A stretch of DNA of 64,000 nt from Longimicrobiales bacterium (GTDB lineage Bacteria; Gemmatimonadota; Gemmatimonadetes; Longimicrobiales; RSA9), in contig DASVCS010000032.1 of NCBI GenBank assembly GCA_036381495.1, positions 10,448 to 74,447 on the forward strand, in the 5' to 3' direction. The notes beneath the pieces are model-generated. The model was not told the DNA's origin, searched no databases, and was given only the letters and a program-made list of their open reading frames with translations. Numbering within the stretch: the stretch's first letter is position 1; each line of letters begins with the position of its first letter. A program made the position numbers and the translations under genes. This document shows positions 19,642 through 31,244 of this stretch, in pieces.

Positions 19642-21719
19642 GCCACCGACCGGAGTGCGGACCCGACGCCGTTCCCGTGTCCGGGCTGCCTCGAAATCGA
19701 AATGATCTGCGCGGGATCGAGGATCAGCCCGACGTGTCCATCGCCCAGGATCGCCGCGCCCGAGATCCCGGGCACATGCCCGATCCACGCGCCGAGCGGC
19801 TTCGCAACGACCTGCGTCTGCGCGATCAACTCGTCGACCAGAAGCGCACAACGCCGTTCACCGCTCCCGATGACGACCAGGAGCGCCTGCGTCGGATCCG
19901 TTTCGGCGCCCTCGATGTCGAAGAGGCGGTGCAGCCGCACGACCGGCAGGAGCGCATCCCGCAGCTTCACCAGTTCGTCCCGCCCCGCCACGGTCGGCAG
20001 CGCATCGCGCGTCGGCCGGAAACTCATCTGGATGCCGACCGTCGGGATGATGTAGCGCTCGCCGCCGACCCGAATCAGCATGCCGTCCGTGATGGCGAGC
20101 GTCAGTGGAAGGCGAAGCGAGAACGTCGTGCCCTTCCCCCGCTCGGACGCGATCTCGACGCGGCCGCCGATCGCCTCGACGTTGCGCCGCACCACGTCCA
20201 TGCCCACGCCTCGGCCCGAGATGTTCGTCAGCTCCTCGGCCGTCGAGAACCCGGGCGCGAAGATCAGCTCGAAGACATCCGCGTCCGAGAGGCCACGGTC
20301 CGATTCCAGGAGCCCTCGCGCCAACGCCTTCTCGACGATCCGATCACGGTCCAACCCGCGGCCATCGTCTTGCAGCTCGATCACCACGTTGCCGCGGTGG
20401 TGGTACGCCGCCAGCCGCACCGTGCCCCGCCGCGGCTTCCCGTTCGCCTCGCGCACGTCCGGCGGCTCGATCCCGTGGTCCACCGCGTTGCGGACCATGT
20501 GCACCAGAGGGTCGCTGATGAAGTCGACCATGTTCCGGTCGATCTCCGTGTCCTCCGCCTCCATGACGTAGTCGATCAGCTTGCCGCGCCGCTGTGCGAC
20601 GTCGCGCGCAAGGCGCGCCATCTTCTGGAACGTCGCCTTGAGCGGCACCATGCGCATCGCGATCGTCAGGTCTTGGAGCTCGCGCACGATCTTGCCGGCG
20701 TGCGCGACCGCCCGGGTCAGGTCCTCGCCGACGCCGCCGACCGCGCACTCGCGCGCGACCATCGACTGCGAGACCACCAGCTCGCCCACCATGTCCACCA
20801 GGCGATCGAGTCGGTCCGTTCGGACCCGAACCCAGGACTCCGCCCCCCGGTCCGTCCCCCGCGCCGGCTCCGATCCGCCCGCCGCGGCAGCGCGTGCCCC
20901 ACTTCCGGCACCATCGACGGCACCTCCGGCCGCCGCACTCGCCGCCGCCCCGGCCGTCGGATCCGGCGCGTCCAGCGACCGCAACAGCTCGGCGTAACCC
21001 GCCGGCGTGGCCGGCACGCCGCCCGCCAATTGTTCCTGGAGCCCCGTGATGAACGCGCCCAACATGTCCACGGCGCGGAGCGCCAGCTCCACATAGGCGC
21101 CGCCGAACCGGACCTCACCCTCCCGAACCCGACTCAACAGCGACTCGGCTCGGTGCGCCAGCTCCGTGACCTCTTCCAGGCCGAGGAACGCCGATGTCCC
21201 CTTGAGCGTGTGGAAAACGCGGAAGACGGTGTTGCACGACTCGACGTCGTCCGGATCCGACTCGAGAAGGAGGAGCGCGGACTCCGCGGCATCGAGCGAA
21301 TCGCGGCTCTCATCGATGAAACATTCGAGCAGGTCGCGATCCGCCGCCGCGATATCGATCGCCGCCGGCGCATCATCCGATGCCGGCGTCGCCTCGCGCG
21401 ATGACGCCACTTCCGACGGATCCTGTCCGTCCAGCGCGAGCATCGCACGCTCGATGAGCGAGCCCACCTCGGAGACCACCGCGTCGGGCTTCGCCACACG
21501 GCCGCGCCGGATCTCATCCAGCCGCCAGGCCGCGTCCAGCACGAACGCACGCGCGAGCGGCCACGGCTCCAGCCGGCTGTCCAGCCGGTGCAAGGCGCGA
21601 CGGATGACGTCGAGCTCCGCCATGTCCGTCGCATCGACCTGGAGCAGCAGCGCCGCGATCTCGTTCAGCGAGAGCGGCTCATCCCCGACCGCAGGTTTTT
21701 GCTTTTTTCTTCTCGGCAC
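19638..21719 (-). CDS. cheA: Chemotaxis histidine kinase CheA
   Basis: HPt (FRVFHTLKGTSAFLG), dimerisation, HATPase_c (DDGRGLD, GRGVGMDVV) and CheW-like domains are present. I moved the start to GTG 21719 (GGAG 6 nt upstream) because a sigma-28 promoter lies inside the longest ORF. Confidence 0.9.
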   Translation of the reverse strand: MPRRKKQKPAVGDEPLSLNEIAALLLQVDATDMAELDVIRRALHRLDSRLEPWPLARAFVLDAAWRLDEIRRGRVAKPDAVVSEVGSLIERAMLALDGQDPSEVASSREATPASDDAPAAIDIAAADRDLLECFIDESRDSLDAAESALLLLESDPDDVESCNTVFRVFHTLKGTSAFLGLEEVTELAHRAESLLSRVREGEVRFGGAYVELALRAVDMLGAFITGLQEQLAGGVPATPAGYAELLRSLDAPDPTAGAAASAAAGGAVDGAGSGARAAAAGGSEPARGTDRGAESWVRVRTDRLDRLVDMVGELVVSQSMVARECAVGGVGEDLTRAVAHAGKIVRELQDLTIAMRMVPLKATFQKMARLARDVAQRRGKLIDYVMEAEDTEIDRNMVDFISDPLVHMVRNAVDHGIEPPDVREANGKPRRGTVRLAAYHHRGNVVIELQDDGRGLDRDRIVEKALARGLLESDRGLSDADVFELIFAPGFSTAEELTNISGRGVGMDVVRRNVEAIGGRVEIASERGKGTTFSLRLPLTLAITDGMLIRVGGERYIIPTVGIQMSFRPTRDALPTVAGRDELVKLRDALLPVVRLHRLFDIEGAETDPTQALLVVIGSGERRCALLVDELIAQTQVVAKPLGAWIGHVPGISGAAILGDGHVGLILDPAQIISISRQPGHGNGVGSALRSVA

Positions 21720-21765
21720 TCCCGGCTCCGCGGCTGCCGGATTTTCATACAATTTCTCCTGGCCA

Positions 21766-21793
21766 GTCTCGGCCGCCGGTCCGGGAAACTTTA
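21766..21793 (-). promoter_or_regulatory. Sigma-28 promoter of cheA-cheW
   Basis: The minus strand reads TAAAGTTT-N12-GCCGAGAC, with its -10 end ~45 nt upstream of the proposed cheA start. Confidence 0.6.
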
Positions 21794-21875
21794 ACGCGGC
21801 TCGCACGCGGGTTCCGAGCCGCACGGCCGCTCGCCGCGCTCGGTCCGCGGGCGCGTACGACGTCGAAATGCCGCG

Positions 21876-22547
21876 TCAATCGCGCGAGGCGACCTCGTCC
21901 AGTGTTTCCAGTAGATTCTGGAATTCGAACGGCTTGCGGATCACCGGACAGCCGGTCTCGCGGGCAATCCGGTCGACGGCCGCGTGGGCGGGGTCGCCCG
22001 TGATGATGATCGTGCGTTTCAGGACCGTGGGGAAATCCCGCGCGGGCTGGTGCAGCAGCCAATACCCGGTCCCGTCCGTCGTCTTCAGATCGGTGACCAC
22101 GAGCTCGGGTGGAACGCCGGAGGTGATGCATGCCAGCGCGCTGCGGCCGCTCCACGCCTCGAGCACGCGGTGCCCGAGCTATTCGAGGAACCGGCGGATC
22201 GTCGTGCGAACCGCGGCGTCATCGTCCACCACCAGCACCGACCGCGCGCGCCGCAGCGTGAGCGGCACCGGCCGGAACGCGGAGGTCGAGGCGGGCGGAC
22301 CGAGCGGGAACTCGACCGTGAACGTCGTCCAGTGGTCCTTCGAGCGAGCGTACCAGATCCGCCCCCCGTACGCACGGACCATCCCCCGCGCAATGGCGAG
22401 GCCCAGGCCAAGGTGCCCGGATTTCGCGGTGAAGAAGGGCTCGAACACCTGCTCCCGCAGATCTCTCCGCACCCCCGGCCCGTTGTCCTTCACGCGCAGC
22501 GTGACCCTTTCATCGCCGGCTTCGGCCTCGATCCGGACGATGCCGCC
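21876..22547 (-). pseudogene. Hybrid histidine kinase remnant (5'-truncated HATPase_c plus REC interrupted by in-frame TAG)
   Basis: The G1/G2 boxes are retained (VKDNGPGV, GLGLAIARG) but there is no H-box or N-box upstream. The REC domain reads VLVVDDDAAVRTTIRRFLE-TAG(22179-22181)-LGHRVLEAWSGRSALACI...VVTDLKTTDGTG. Confidence 0.55.
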
Positions 22548-22738
22548 GGCGCGGGTCGCCACCGCTCGAGTATCGGGCGCCCGCGCCGCGGCCGCGAGGC
22601 ACCGATACCGCCGGCGAGCGGAGCGCCCCGCACCCGCCGGAGCGAACGCCGCGATTCGGGCGCGCGCACGGCGCGGGCCGGACCGGCTTCCCCGCCCCAG
22701 CCGCGACACCGCCGCGCCGGCCGACCGCGCTACGCGAA

Positions 22739-24844
<2,106 letters not shown>

Positions 24845-24857
24845 CGCTCCGCTCCGC

Positions 24858-25784
24858 TCAGGCCGTCAGGACCTCCCGGGCGAAGCGCCCGGCATCGAAC
24901 GGCTCCAGATCGTCGATCGCTTCGCCCGTCCCCACCAGCTTCACCGGCAGATCGAACGCCTCCTTCAGCGCGACCACGATCCCTCCCTTGGCGGTACTGT
25001 CCAGCTTCGCGAGCACCAGCCCCGACAGTCGAAGCGTCGCGCCGAAGGTCCGCGCCTGCGCCACCGCGTTCTGCCCCGTCGTCGCGTCCAGCACGAGCAG
25101 CGTCTCGTGCGGCGCGCCCTCGACCCGCCGCGAGACCACCCGCTGCACCTTCGCCAGCTCCGCCATGAGGTCGCCCTGCGTGTGCAGACGGCCGGCCGTG
25201 TCGATGATCACGACGTCCATCCCCCGCGCGCGCGCGGCCTCGATCGCGTCGAACGCCACCGCCGCCGGGTCGGCGCCGGCACGTGCGCCGACGAAATCGA
25301 CGCCCGCACGTTCCGCCCAGACCCGCAACTGGTCGATCGCACCCGCGCGGAAGGTATCGGCCGCGGCCAGCAACACGCGGCGGCCCTCCCGCTTCAGGCG
25401 CCGCGCCAGCTTCCCGATCGTCGTGGTCTTGCCGACACCGTTCACGCCCGCGACCAGGAAGACCGTCGGACCCCCGTCGGTCGCGAAGCGCAACGCCGGG
25501 TCCGCGTTCCCCGCCCGCAGCACCGCCGAGATCTCGGCCTCGACCGCTTCCCGGAACTCCTGCTCCGTCCGCGCGCGCCCCTGTCGCGACAACGACTCCA
25601 CGTGGTCCACCAGCCGCATGGTGACCGGCACCCCGAAATCACTCGCCAGCAGCAGCTCCTCCAGCCGCTCGAGCGAACCCGTGTCCATCCCGCGGACCAG
25701 CACGCCCACGTCCGTCAGCGCGATGTCCTTGATCCGCTGCCAGAGAGACCGCTGTTCTTCCTTCCGTTTGAAAAGTCTCGCCAT
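24858..25784 (-). CDS. ftsY: Signal recognition particle receptor FtsY
   Basis: NG domain with SRP GTPase motifs (GVNGVGKTTT, DTAGR, TKLD-like AKLDSTAKGG). Confidence 0.9.
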   Translation of the reverse strand: MARLFKRKEEQRSLWQRIKDIALTDVGVLVRGMDTGSLERLEELLLASDFGVPVTMRLVDHVESLSRQGRARTEQEFREAVEAEISAVLRAGNADPALRFATDGGPTVFLVAGVNGVGKTTTIGKLARRLKREGRRVLLAAADTFRAGAIDQLRVWAERAGVDFVGARAGADPAAVAFDAIEAARARGMDVVIIDTAGRLHTQGDLMAELAKVQRVVSRRVEGAPHETLLVLDATTGQNAVAQARTFGATLRLSGLVLAKLDSTAKGGIVVALKEAFDLPVKLVGTGEAIDDLEPFDAGRFAREVLTA

Positions 25785-25800
25785 CCTCGAAATCCCTCAC

Positions 25801-25860
25801 CGCAAACGCCCCCGCTCCCGCTCCGGGCGGGTCGCCATCCCGTTCCCGTTCCCGGCGCCT
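25801..25860 (-). repeat. Short copy/fragment of the G-tract repeat family (R5)
   Basis: The reverse complement reads gggaacgggaacgggatgg...ggagcgggagcgggggcgtttgcg. This resembles the family core gggaacgggagcgggagcgggaacgtttacg. It fills the ftsY upstream intergenic gap. Confidence 0.45.
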
Positions 25861-27847
25861 ACCTCAACCCCCACCGCCGTCGCAGCACCCACTCGGTGGA
25901 AACCAACAGCACGAGCAGCAGATACGGCCACGGCGTCGTGTGGAGCGGGGCGCCGGATCGCCCGCCGGGGAGCGACGCGTCGTCCCCCGCCGCGTCGAAG
26001 CCGGTCAATGCCGCGGCGGCTCGCGTGAACTCGGGCGAGTACGACTCGACGCTCACCGGCCCCTCCGCCGTCGCCACCTCATCGCCGCCGCGGATCGCCC
26101 GCGCCCGGTACCGATAGTGTCCGGGCGGCAGTGCCGGCGTCGTCAGCGAATCTCGGCTGCCGAGCGCCAACGCGGTATCCAGCACCACCGCTCCGGCGGT
26201 GTCGGTGATCGACAGCGCGACCGAGTCCGCGACCACGCCGGGTGCAACCCAATGCATCGGCGCGCCGCGCGCCGCCACCCGTTGCACGGGTCGGATCTCC
26301 GCGCCGCTCAGCGACGGCTCCTCGTGCAGCAGCCAGCCGCCCAGCGCCGCCCAGAGACGCCGGTACGCCTGCCGCGCATCCCCGCCGCGGAACGCCCAGC
26401 GCCAGAAGCCGGCAGCCGTTGCCACCGCCCAGCGCCGGCCCTCGCCCTCGCCCGCGAGGACCACCGGCACACCCGCGCCGCGGCGGCCGCGATGCGCCTC
26501 GAGCGCCGCCCACGCACCCTCGGGCACGCCCGCCGCACGGACGCCCACCAGCGGCGGAAGCTGCTCCACATCGAGCGAACCGAGCATCGGAGTCAGCGGC
26601 GACGCCGGCAAATCACCGGACGCGTACCACTCGCCCGGCGCCGCGCCCGCCAGGTCGATCGGCAGCCCGGCGACATCCCCGCCCTCCGCAGGGAAGATCA
26701 ACACCCGATGCTTCCGCGCAGCCGCACGCCGCGCCCAGTCCGGCGCATCCGATCCAAGTGCGTGTAGAACCACCAGATCCGCGCGCTCGACCGCCCGCCG
26801 CACCTCCGTGGCCTCCGCGGGCGCCCCGGCATCGGCCCCGGCGCCGAGCTGGAGGTACCGGCCATCCGCCGCACGCAGAAAACCCCGGACCGGCAAGCCG
26901 AGCGCCTCTGTGAGCACCGGCTGGAGGAAGCGCGGCTCCCAGTCCGGATGGAACGAGACGACGACGACCCCCGCCGGATCCTCTCCCACGTAGACGTAAA
27001 TGCTCCGCGCATCATCGGCCGGCGCCGCATCGGCCGGCTCGAGCGCCACATCGTAGCGCACCAGCCCACCTCCCGGCGGCGCCTCCGGCGTGAACTCGAG
27101 CACCGCCGTCGCGACGCGTCCCGGCGCGGCCGTCGCCAGCCGCGCGCGCGCCCGCACACGGCCACCCTCCCGGAGCACGACCGCCACCGAATCGCCCGCA
27201 CCCCCCACGGTCGTCACCCCGACCCGAACCCGCAACGGCTCGCCCGCCTTCGCCCACCCCGGCGCATCGACCTCCGCGAGCGCACGACTCGCCACCCCCG
27301 CCCCACCGACGATCCGCGTCTCGACGTCCAGCCCCAATCCGGGTAGCGTCCGCGCCACCGCCGCGGCATCCTCGATCCCGCCGTCCGTCACGACCACCAC
27401 CTTGCGCGCACCGCCCTCCGCCGCCGCCCGCAGCGCCGGCAGGAGACGACTGCTCGTCGCATCCGGCCGCAGTGAATCCAGCGCCGCCGCAGAACGCTGC
27501 GCCGTGCCATCGCCGAATACGACCACCGGCCGCGAACCCGCCAGCCGGCCCGCCTCCGCCACGGCACGCTCCCAACGCGTCGTCGTATCATCCGCCGCCA
27601 CCGGGAGCGACATGCTCAGCGAACCATCCACCAGCACCTGCGTCCGCGAGCCGCTCGTCACCCGCCCCGGCAACGGCAGCATCGGATCGAACAGCAACAG
27701 GACCAGGATGCTCAGGACCGCCCAGCGCAGCCCCGCGAGGAACAGGCGCCCGCGCCCCGGCGTCTCCTTCCGGCCGTACAGGTAGAAGACCACCGCCAGC
27801 GCACCCGCCGCCGCGAGCGCGAACAACGCCCAATTTGCTGCTGACAT
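25859..27847 (-). CDS. Large membrane-anchored protein (BatA-like N-terminal TM pair, C-terminal TM anchor)
   Basis: Start chosen at MSAANWALFALAAAGALAVVFYLY. There are two N-terminal TM helices, a long Ala/Gly/Arg-rich soluble region, and a C-terminal TM (PWPYLLLVLLVSTEWVLRRRWG). The family call is tentative. Confidence 0.55.
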   Translation of the reverse strand: MSAANWALFALAAAGALAVVFYLYGRKETPGRGRLFLAGLRWAVLSILVLLLFDPMLPLPGRVTSGSRTQVLVDGSLSMSLPVAADDTTTRWERAVAEAGRLAGSRPVVVFGDGTAQRSAAALDSLRPDATSSRLLPALRAAAEGGARKVVVVTDGGIEDAAAVARTLPGLGLDVETRIVGGAGVASRALAEVDAPGWAKAGEPLRVRVGVTTVGGAGDSVAVVLREGGRVRARARLATAAPGRVATAVLEFTPEAPPGGGLVRYDVALEPADAAPADDARSIYVYVGEDPAGVVVVSFHPDWEPRFLQPVLTEALGLPVRGFLRAADGRYLQLGAGADAGAPAEATEVRRAVERADLVVLHALGSDAPDWARRAAARKHRVLIFPAEGGDVAGLPIDLAGAAPGEWYASGDLPASPLTPMLGSLDVEQLPPLVGVRAAGVPEGAWAALEAHRGRRGAGVPVVLAGEGEGRRWAVATAAGFWRWAFRGGDARQAYRRLWAALGGWLLHEEPSLSGAEIRPVQRVAARGAPMHWVAPGVVADSVALSITDTAGAVVLDTALALGSRDSLTTPALPPGHYRYRARAIRGGDEVATAEGPVSVESYSPEFTRAAAALTGFDAAGDDASLPGGRSGAPLHTTPWPYLLLVLLVSTEWVLRRRWGLR

Positions 27848-28013
27848 CCACCGAACTCCCGTCCGTTGCCGCTCTTCCCGGCCGGCACCGCCGGGGCTCC
27901 GCCTAGTACGCCGGCACGCCCCGAGAGATCCGCCGTTTCTTCGGCCCGCCACCGCCATTTCCGCCGCCCTCCCGCCGGATCCGGAGGGCGTTGCACGTGG
28001 CGCGCCGCGCCGG

Positions 28014-28335
28014 TTGGAGGGCTGGGGCTAGGGCTGGGGAGTGCCCGGGAAGGGTGCGGTGGTGGGGAGGATGACCCGGGGAGGGCCGGGAGCTGGATGG
28101 GAACTGGCGGGAACGGGAGCGGGAGCGGGAACGTTTACGTTTACGGGATGGGGGCGACCGGGAACGAGAGCGGCGGCTGCGCCGCCTGGAGCGGGAACGT
28201 TTACGTTTACGGGGGACGGGGGTCGGCCGGGAAGGGGATCGGGACCGGGATGGGATCGGGCACGAACCGGACCGGGCCGCGCAGCCCCTCGCGCTCGCGC
28301 TCGCGCACGAGATGGGCATCGGGAGGGGCCGGGCA
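28014..28335 (+). repeat. G-tract modular repeat element, copy R2 (with internal core duplication)
   Basis: Hexamer tract ggagggctggggctagggctgggg (28017-28040). The core gggagcgggagcgggaacgtttacgtttacggg is at 28115-28147, with a second partial copy at 28189-28215. These are followed by cgcgctcgcgctcgcgcacg and gggaggggccggg. Confidence 0.75.
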
Positions 28336-28341
28336 GCCGCT

Positions 28342-29658
28342 TCAGCTCTCCCCGCTCACGCGCGCCGGGCCCTCACGCGTCGTCGTCCCCGCGAGCTGCG
28401 TCCCCGGCATCTGGATGCGATCGAGGAGCACGATCCGCTGACCGAGGACCGCCTCGAAGTCATCTCGCTGGTCCCGCGGAATCGGCGGAGCGCCCGGGAG
28501 CTTCGCGGTCCGGGCGTTCAACGGCCGCCCGTTCTTGCGCAGCTCGTAGTGCAGGTGCGGCCCGGTCGCCAATCCCGTCGACCCGACGTAACCGATCACC
28601 TGCCCCTGCGCGACCGCGCGTCCCCGCCGGATCCCACGGGCGAACCCTCTGAGGTGGGCGTATCGCGTCGTGTAGCCGCCCGGGTGCCGGAGCTCGATCA
28701 TGTTGCCGTACCCGCCGCGCCGTCCCGCGAAGATGACGGTCCCATCGCCCGTCGCACGCACGCGGGTCCCCGGCGGCGCGCCGAAATCCGTACCCAGATG
28801 CGCGCGGTAGATCCCCAGGACGGGGTGGTATCGCCGCCACGTGAACGAGGAGGTGATGCGCACGTAGTCGACCGGATAGCGCCGGAAGAGGCCACGCAGC
28901 GATCGTCCTTCGAGGTCGTAGTACCCGCCCCGGTCGTCACCGGGGCTGAAGTAGACCGCCGGGTAGCTGCTCCCGCGGCTCACCAGCTCCGCGACCAGGA
29001 CTTGCCGCCGGCGCGCCGTCCCATCCGGCCGCGCCTCCCGTTCGTAGACCACCCGGTAGCTGTCACCCGGCTGGATGTCGTGAGAGAAGTCCAGCTTGTA
29101 CGCGTAGATCTCCGCCAATTCGACCACGAGCGCCGCGCGCTCGGCCGGCGGGACGTCCGCCGCATCGTTCTCGACCAGCGCCTCGTAGAGTGTGCGGCCG
29201 TCCCGGATCACGCCCGACAGGTACACCGTGTCCACCGTCGTCGGCGTCACCGCGACCGTCCCTTCCCATCCGTCGGCGTTCCGCTCCAGCCGGATCGTGC
29301 TGTCCGCGTTGATCCTCAACTCGACTGCGCGCGGCGTGCCGTCCGAGACCCACCGCCGTACCGTCACCTCGACGCCCGGCCGCAGCGACCGCGGGCTCTT
29401 GTGTTCCCGTAACGCCAGCAGGAGGTTCGCCAGTTCGGTCCCCGTGATCTGCGCGCTCCCCAGCAGACGATCCAGCGTCTCACCCGGCTCGAGCACCCGC
29501 GTCTCGACCCGCTCGACCGGCCTCGCGTACAGCGCGCTGAGGAGCGGCGCCCGCGCCCGCGTCGCCACCGGATCCGGTGTCCCCGAGCACGATGCCACCG
29601 CCCACGACACCACGCCCGCGGCCCCGATCAGCCCCATCACTCGGTAAGGGTTCGCCAT
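28342..29658 (-). CDS. M23 family metallopeptidase lipoprotein (MepM/YebA-like murein endopeptidase)
   Basis: Start at MANPYRVMGLIGAAGVVSWAVASC (lipobox). There is an OapA/LysM-like N-domain and an M23 catalytic core (HLGTDFGAP, GYGNMIELRH, GSTGLATGPHLHYE). Confidence 0.85.
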   Translation of the reverse strand: MANPYRVMGLIGAAGVVSWAVASCSGTPDPVATRARAPLLSALYARPVERVETRVLEPGETLDRLLGSAQITGTELANLLLALREHKSPRSLRPGVEVTVRRWVSDGTPRAVELRINADSTIRLERNADGWEGTVAVTPTTVDTVYLSGVIRDGRTLYEALVENDAADVPPAERAALVVELAEIYAYKLDFSHDIQPGDSYRVVYEREARPDGTARRRQVLVAELVSRGSSYPAVYFSPGDDRGGYYDLEGRSLRGLFRRYPVDYVRITSSFTWRRYHPVLGIYRAHLGTDFGAPPGTRVRATGDGTVIFAGRRGGYGNMIELRHPGGYTTRYAHLRGFARGIRRGRAVAQGQVIGYVGSTGLATGPHLHYELRKNGRPLNARTAKLPGAPPIPRDQRDDFEAVLGQRIVLLDRIQMPGTQLAGTTTREGPARVSGES

Positions 29659-29699
29659 CAAGCCCCCTCTTCGTTTGACCGCAGGACCGCGCCTACATC

Positions 29700-29987
29700 C
29701 GCTGCCCCGCTCCTGCCGCCGTCGACCTGGAAACGGGTTCGCCCTCCGCGCCCCCGTCCCCGCAAACGTGGAAACGGAGGCAACGCCCAGCCCCCGTCCC
29801 CCTCCCGTGCGCGTGCGCGAGCGGATGCGCGTGCGCGGCCCGCCTCCCGTTCCCGGCCGCCCCCATCCCGTAAACGTAAACGTTCCCGCTCCCGCTCCCG
29901 GCCGTTCCTGGCCATGCCCGGGCCGTCCTCCCCTCCACCGCACCGCCTCCCGGGTGTCCCCAGCCCCAGCCCCAGCCCTAGCCCTAA
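29700..29987 (-). repeat. G-tract modular repeat element, copy R3 (inverted relative to R2)
   Basis: The reverse complement begins TTAGGGCTAGGGCTGGGGCTGGGGCTGGGG (29958-29987). It carries a core nearly identical to that of R2 (29867-29899 = rc of gggagcgggagcgggaacgtttacgtttacggg). Its terminal TAG is the ftsZ stop codon. Confidence 0.75.
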
Positions 29988-31171
29988 TCCATCTGCCGCC
30001 GGATGAACGTCGGAATATCCAGATCGGTGAGCTGCCGCCGCACGATCGCCCGCTCCGGCTCCCGCGGAAACGGCATCGCCTCGGCCACCATGCTGCTGCC
30101 GTTGCGCTCCGGCGCGGGCCGCCTCGAGGGCGCCATCGGCATCGAGCTCGGGACCGCGCCCCGCATGTTGAAGTTCGGCCGCAGCACGCCTTCTCGCGCG
30201 GCTTCCTCGCCCCCGGCCAGTCCCGTGGCGATCACCGTCACCCGGACTTCGCCCTCCATCGACGGATCGTGTACGGCGCCGAAGATGATCTCCGCCTCCT
30301 CGCCCGCCGCCTCCTGAATGATCGACGCGATCGACGTCACTTCGTCGATGGTCAGGTCCATGCCGCCGGTGATGTTGATCAGCACGCCGGCCGCGCCGAG
30401 GATCGACACGTTGTCCAGCAGCGGGCTCGAGATGGCCTCCTGCGCCGCCTCGACCGCCCGGTTCTCTCCACTCGCGAAACCCGTCCCCATCAGCGCCGGA
30501 CCGCGGCTCGCCATCACCGTGCGTACATCCGCGAAGTCCACGTTGACCTCGCCCGTCACGTTGATCAGGTCGCTGATCCCCTGGGTGGCGTGCAGCAGCA
30601 CCTCATCCGCCCGCTTCAGCGCATCCCGGAAGGAGACGCCCTTGCCGACCACGGACAGCAGACGCTCGTTCGGCACCACGATCACAGTGTCGGCCGACCG
30701 CTTCAGCTCGGCCAGCCCCTGCTCCGCCTGCCGCATCCGCTTCTTGCCCTCGAAGAGGAACGGCTTCGTCACCACCCCGATGCTCAGCGCGCCCAGTTCC
30801 CGCGCCATCTCCGCGATCACCGGCGCGGCGCCCGTCCCCGTGCCGCCACCCATCCCCGCCGTAATGAACACCAGGTCCGAGCCCTCGATCGCCCGGGCCA
30901 CCTCCTCCCGGTTCTCCTCGATCGCCTGCCGCCCGATCTCCGGCCGCGCACCCGCACCCAGCCCGCGCGTCAGCTTCTTGCCGATCTGGATCTTGAGCTG
31001 CGACCTCGAGTTCTTCAGCGCCTGCGCGTCCGTATTCACGCTGATGAACTCGACGCCCTCGAGGTCCTCGTCGATCATCCGGTTCACGGCATTGCCACCG
31101 CCTCCGCCCACGCCCACCACCTTCATCCGGGCGTTCTGGGTCGCCGCTTCCTCGAATTCGAAGATCATCAT
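29984..31171 (-). CDS. ftsZ: Cell division GTPase FtsZ
   Basis: Tubulin signature [13 protein letters not shown], the T7 loop, and the conserved C-terminal peptide [13 protein letters not shown]. Confidence 0.95.
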   Translation of the reverse strand: MMIFEFEEAATQNARMKVVGVGGGGGNAVNRMIDEDLEGVEFISVNTDAQALKNSRSQLKIQIGKKLTRGLGAGARPEIGRQAIEENREEVARAIEGSDLVFITAGMGGGTGTGAAPVIAEMARELGALSIGVVTKPFLFEGKKRMRQAEQGLAELKRSADTVIVVPNERLLSVVGKGVSFRDALKRADEVLLHATQGISDLINVTGEVNVDFADVRTVMASRGPALMGTGFASGENRAVEAAQEAISSPLLDNVSILGAAGVLINITGGMDLTIDEVTSIASIIQEAAGEEAEIIFGAVHDPSMEGEVRVTVIATGLAGGEEAAREGVLRPNFNMRGAVPSSMPMAPSRRPAPERNGSSMVAEAMPFPREPERAIVRRQLTDLDIPTFIRRQMD

Positions 31172-31244
31172 CGCCCACCCTCCTTTGGGTGACCGCCGGC
31201 GGCCCCCTCGCCCGCCCGCGGATTGAGGATTGAAAAGGTACCGA

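Noticed and set aside
27966-27988. Hairpin GCCCTCC-N10-GGAGGGC next to repeat copy R2, considered as a terminator of the M23 gene.
   Set aside because: It has a 10-nt loop and no T-tract on the relevant strand. This is weak evidence.
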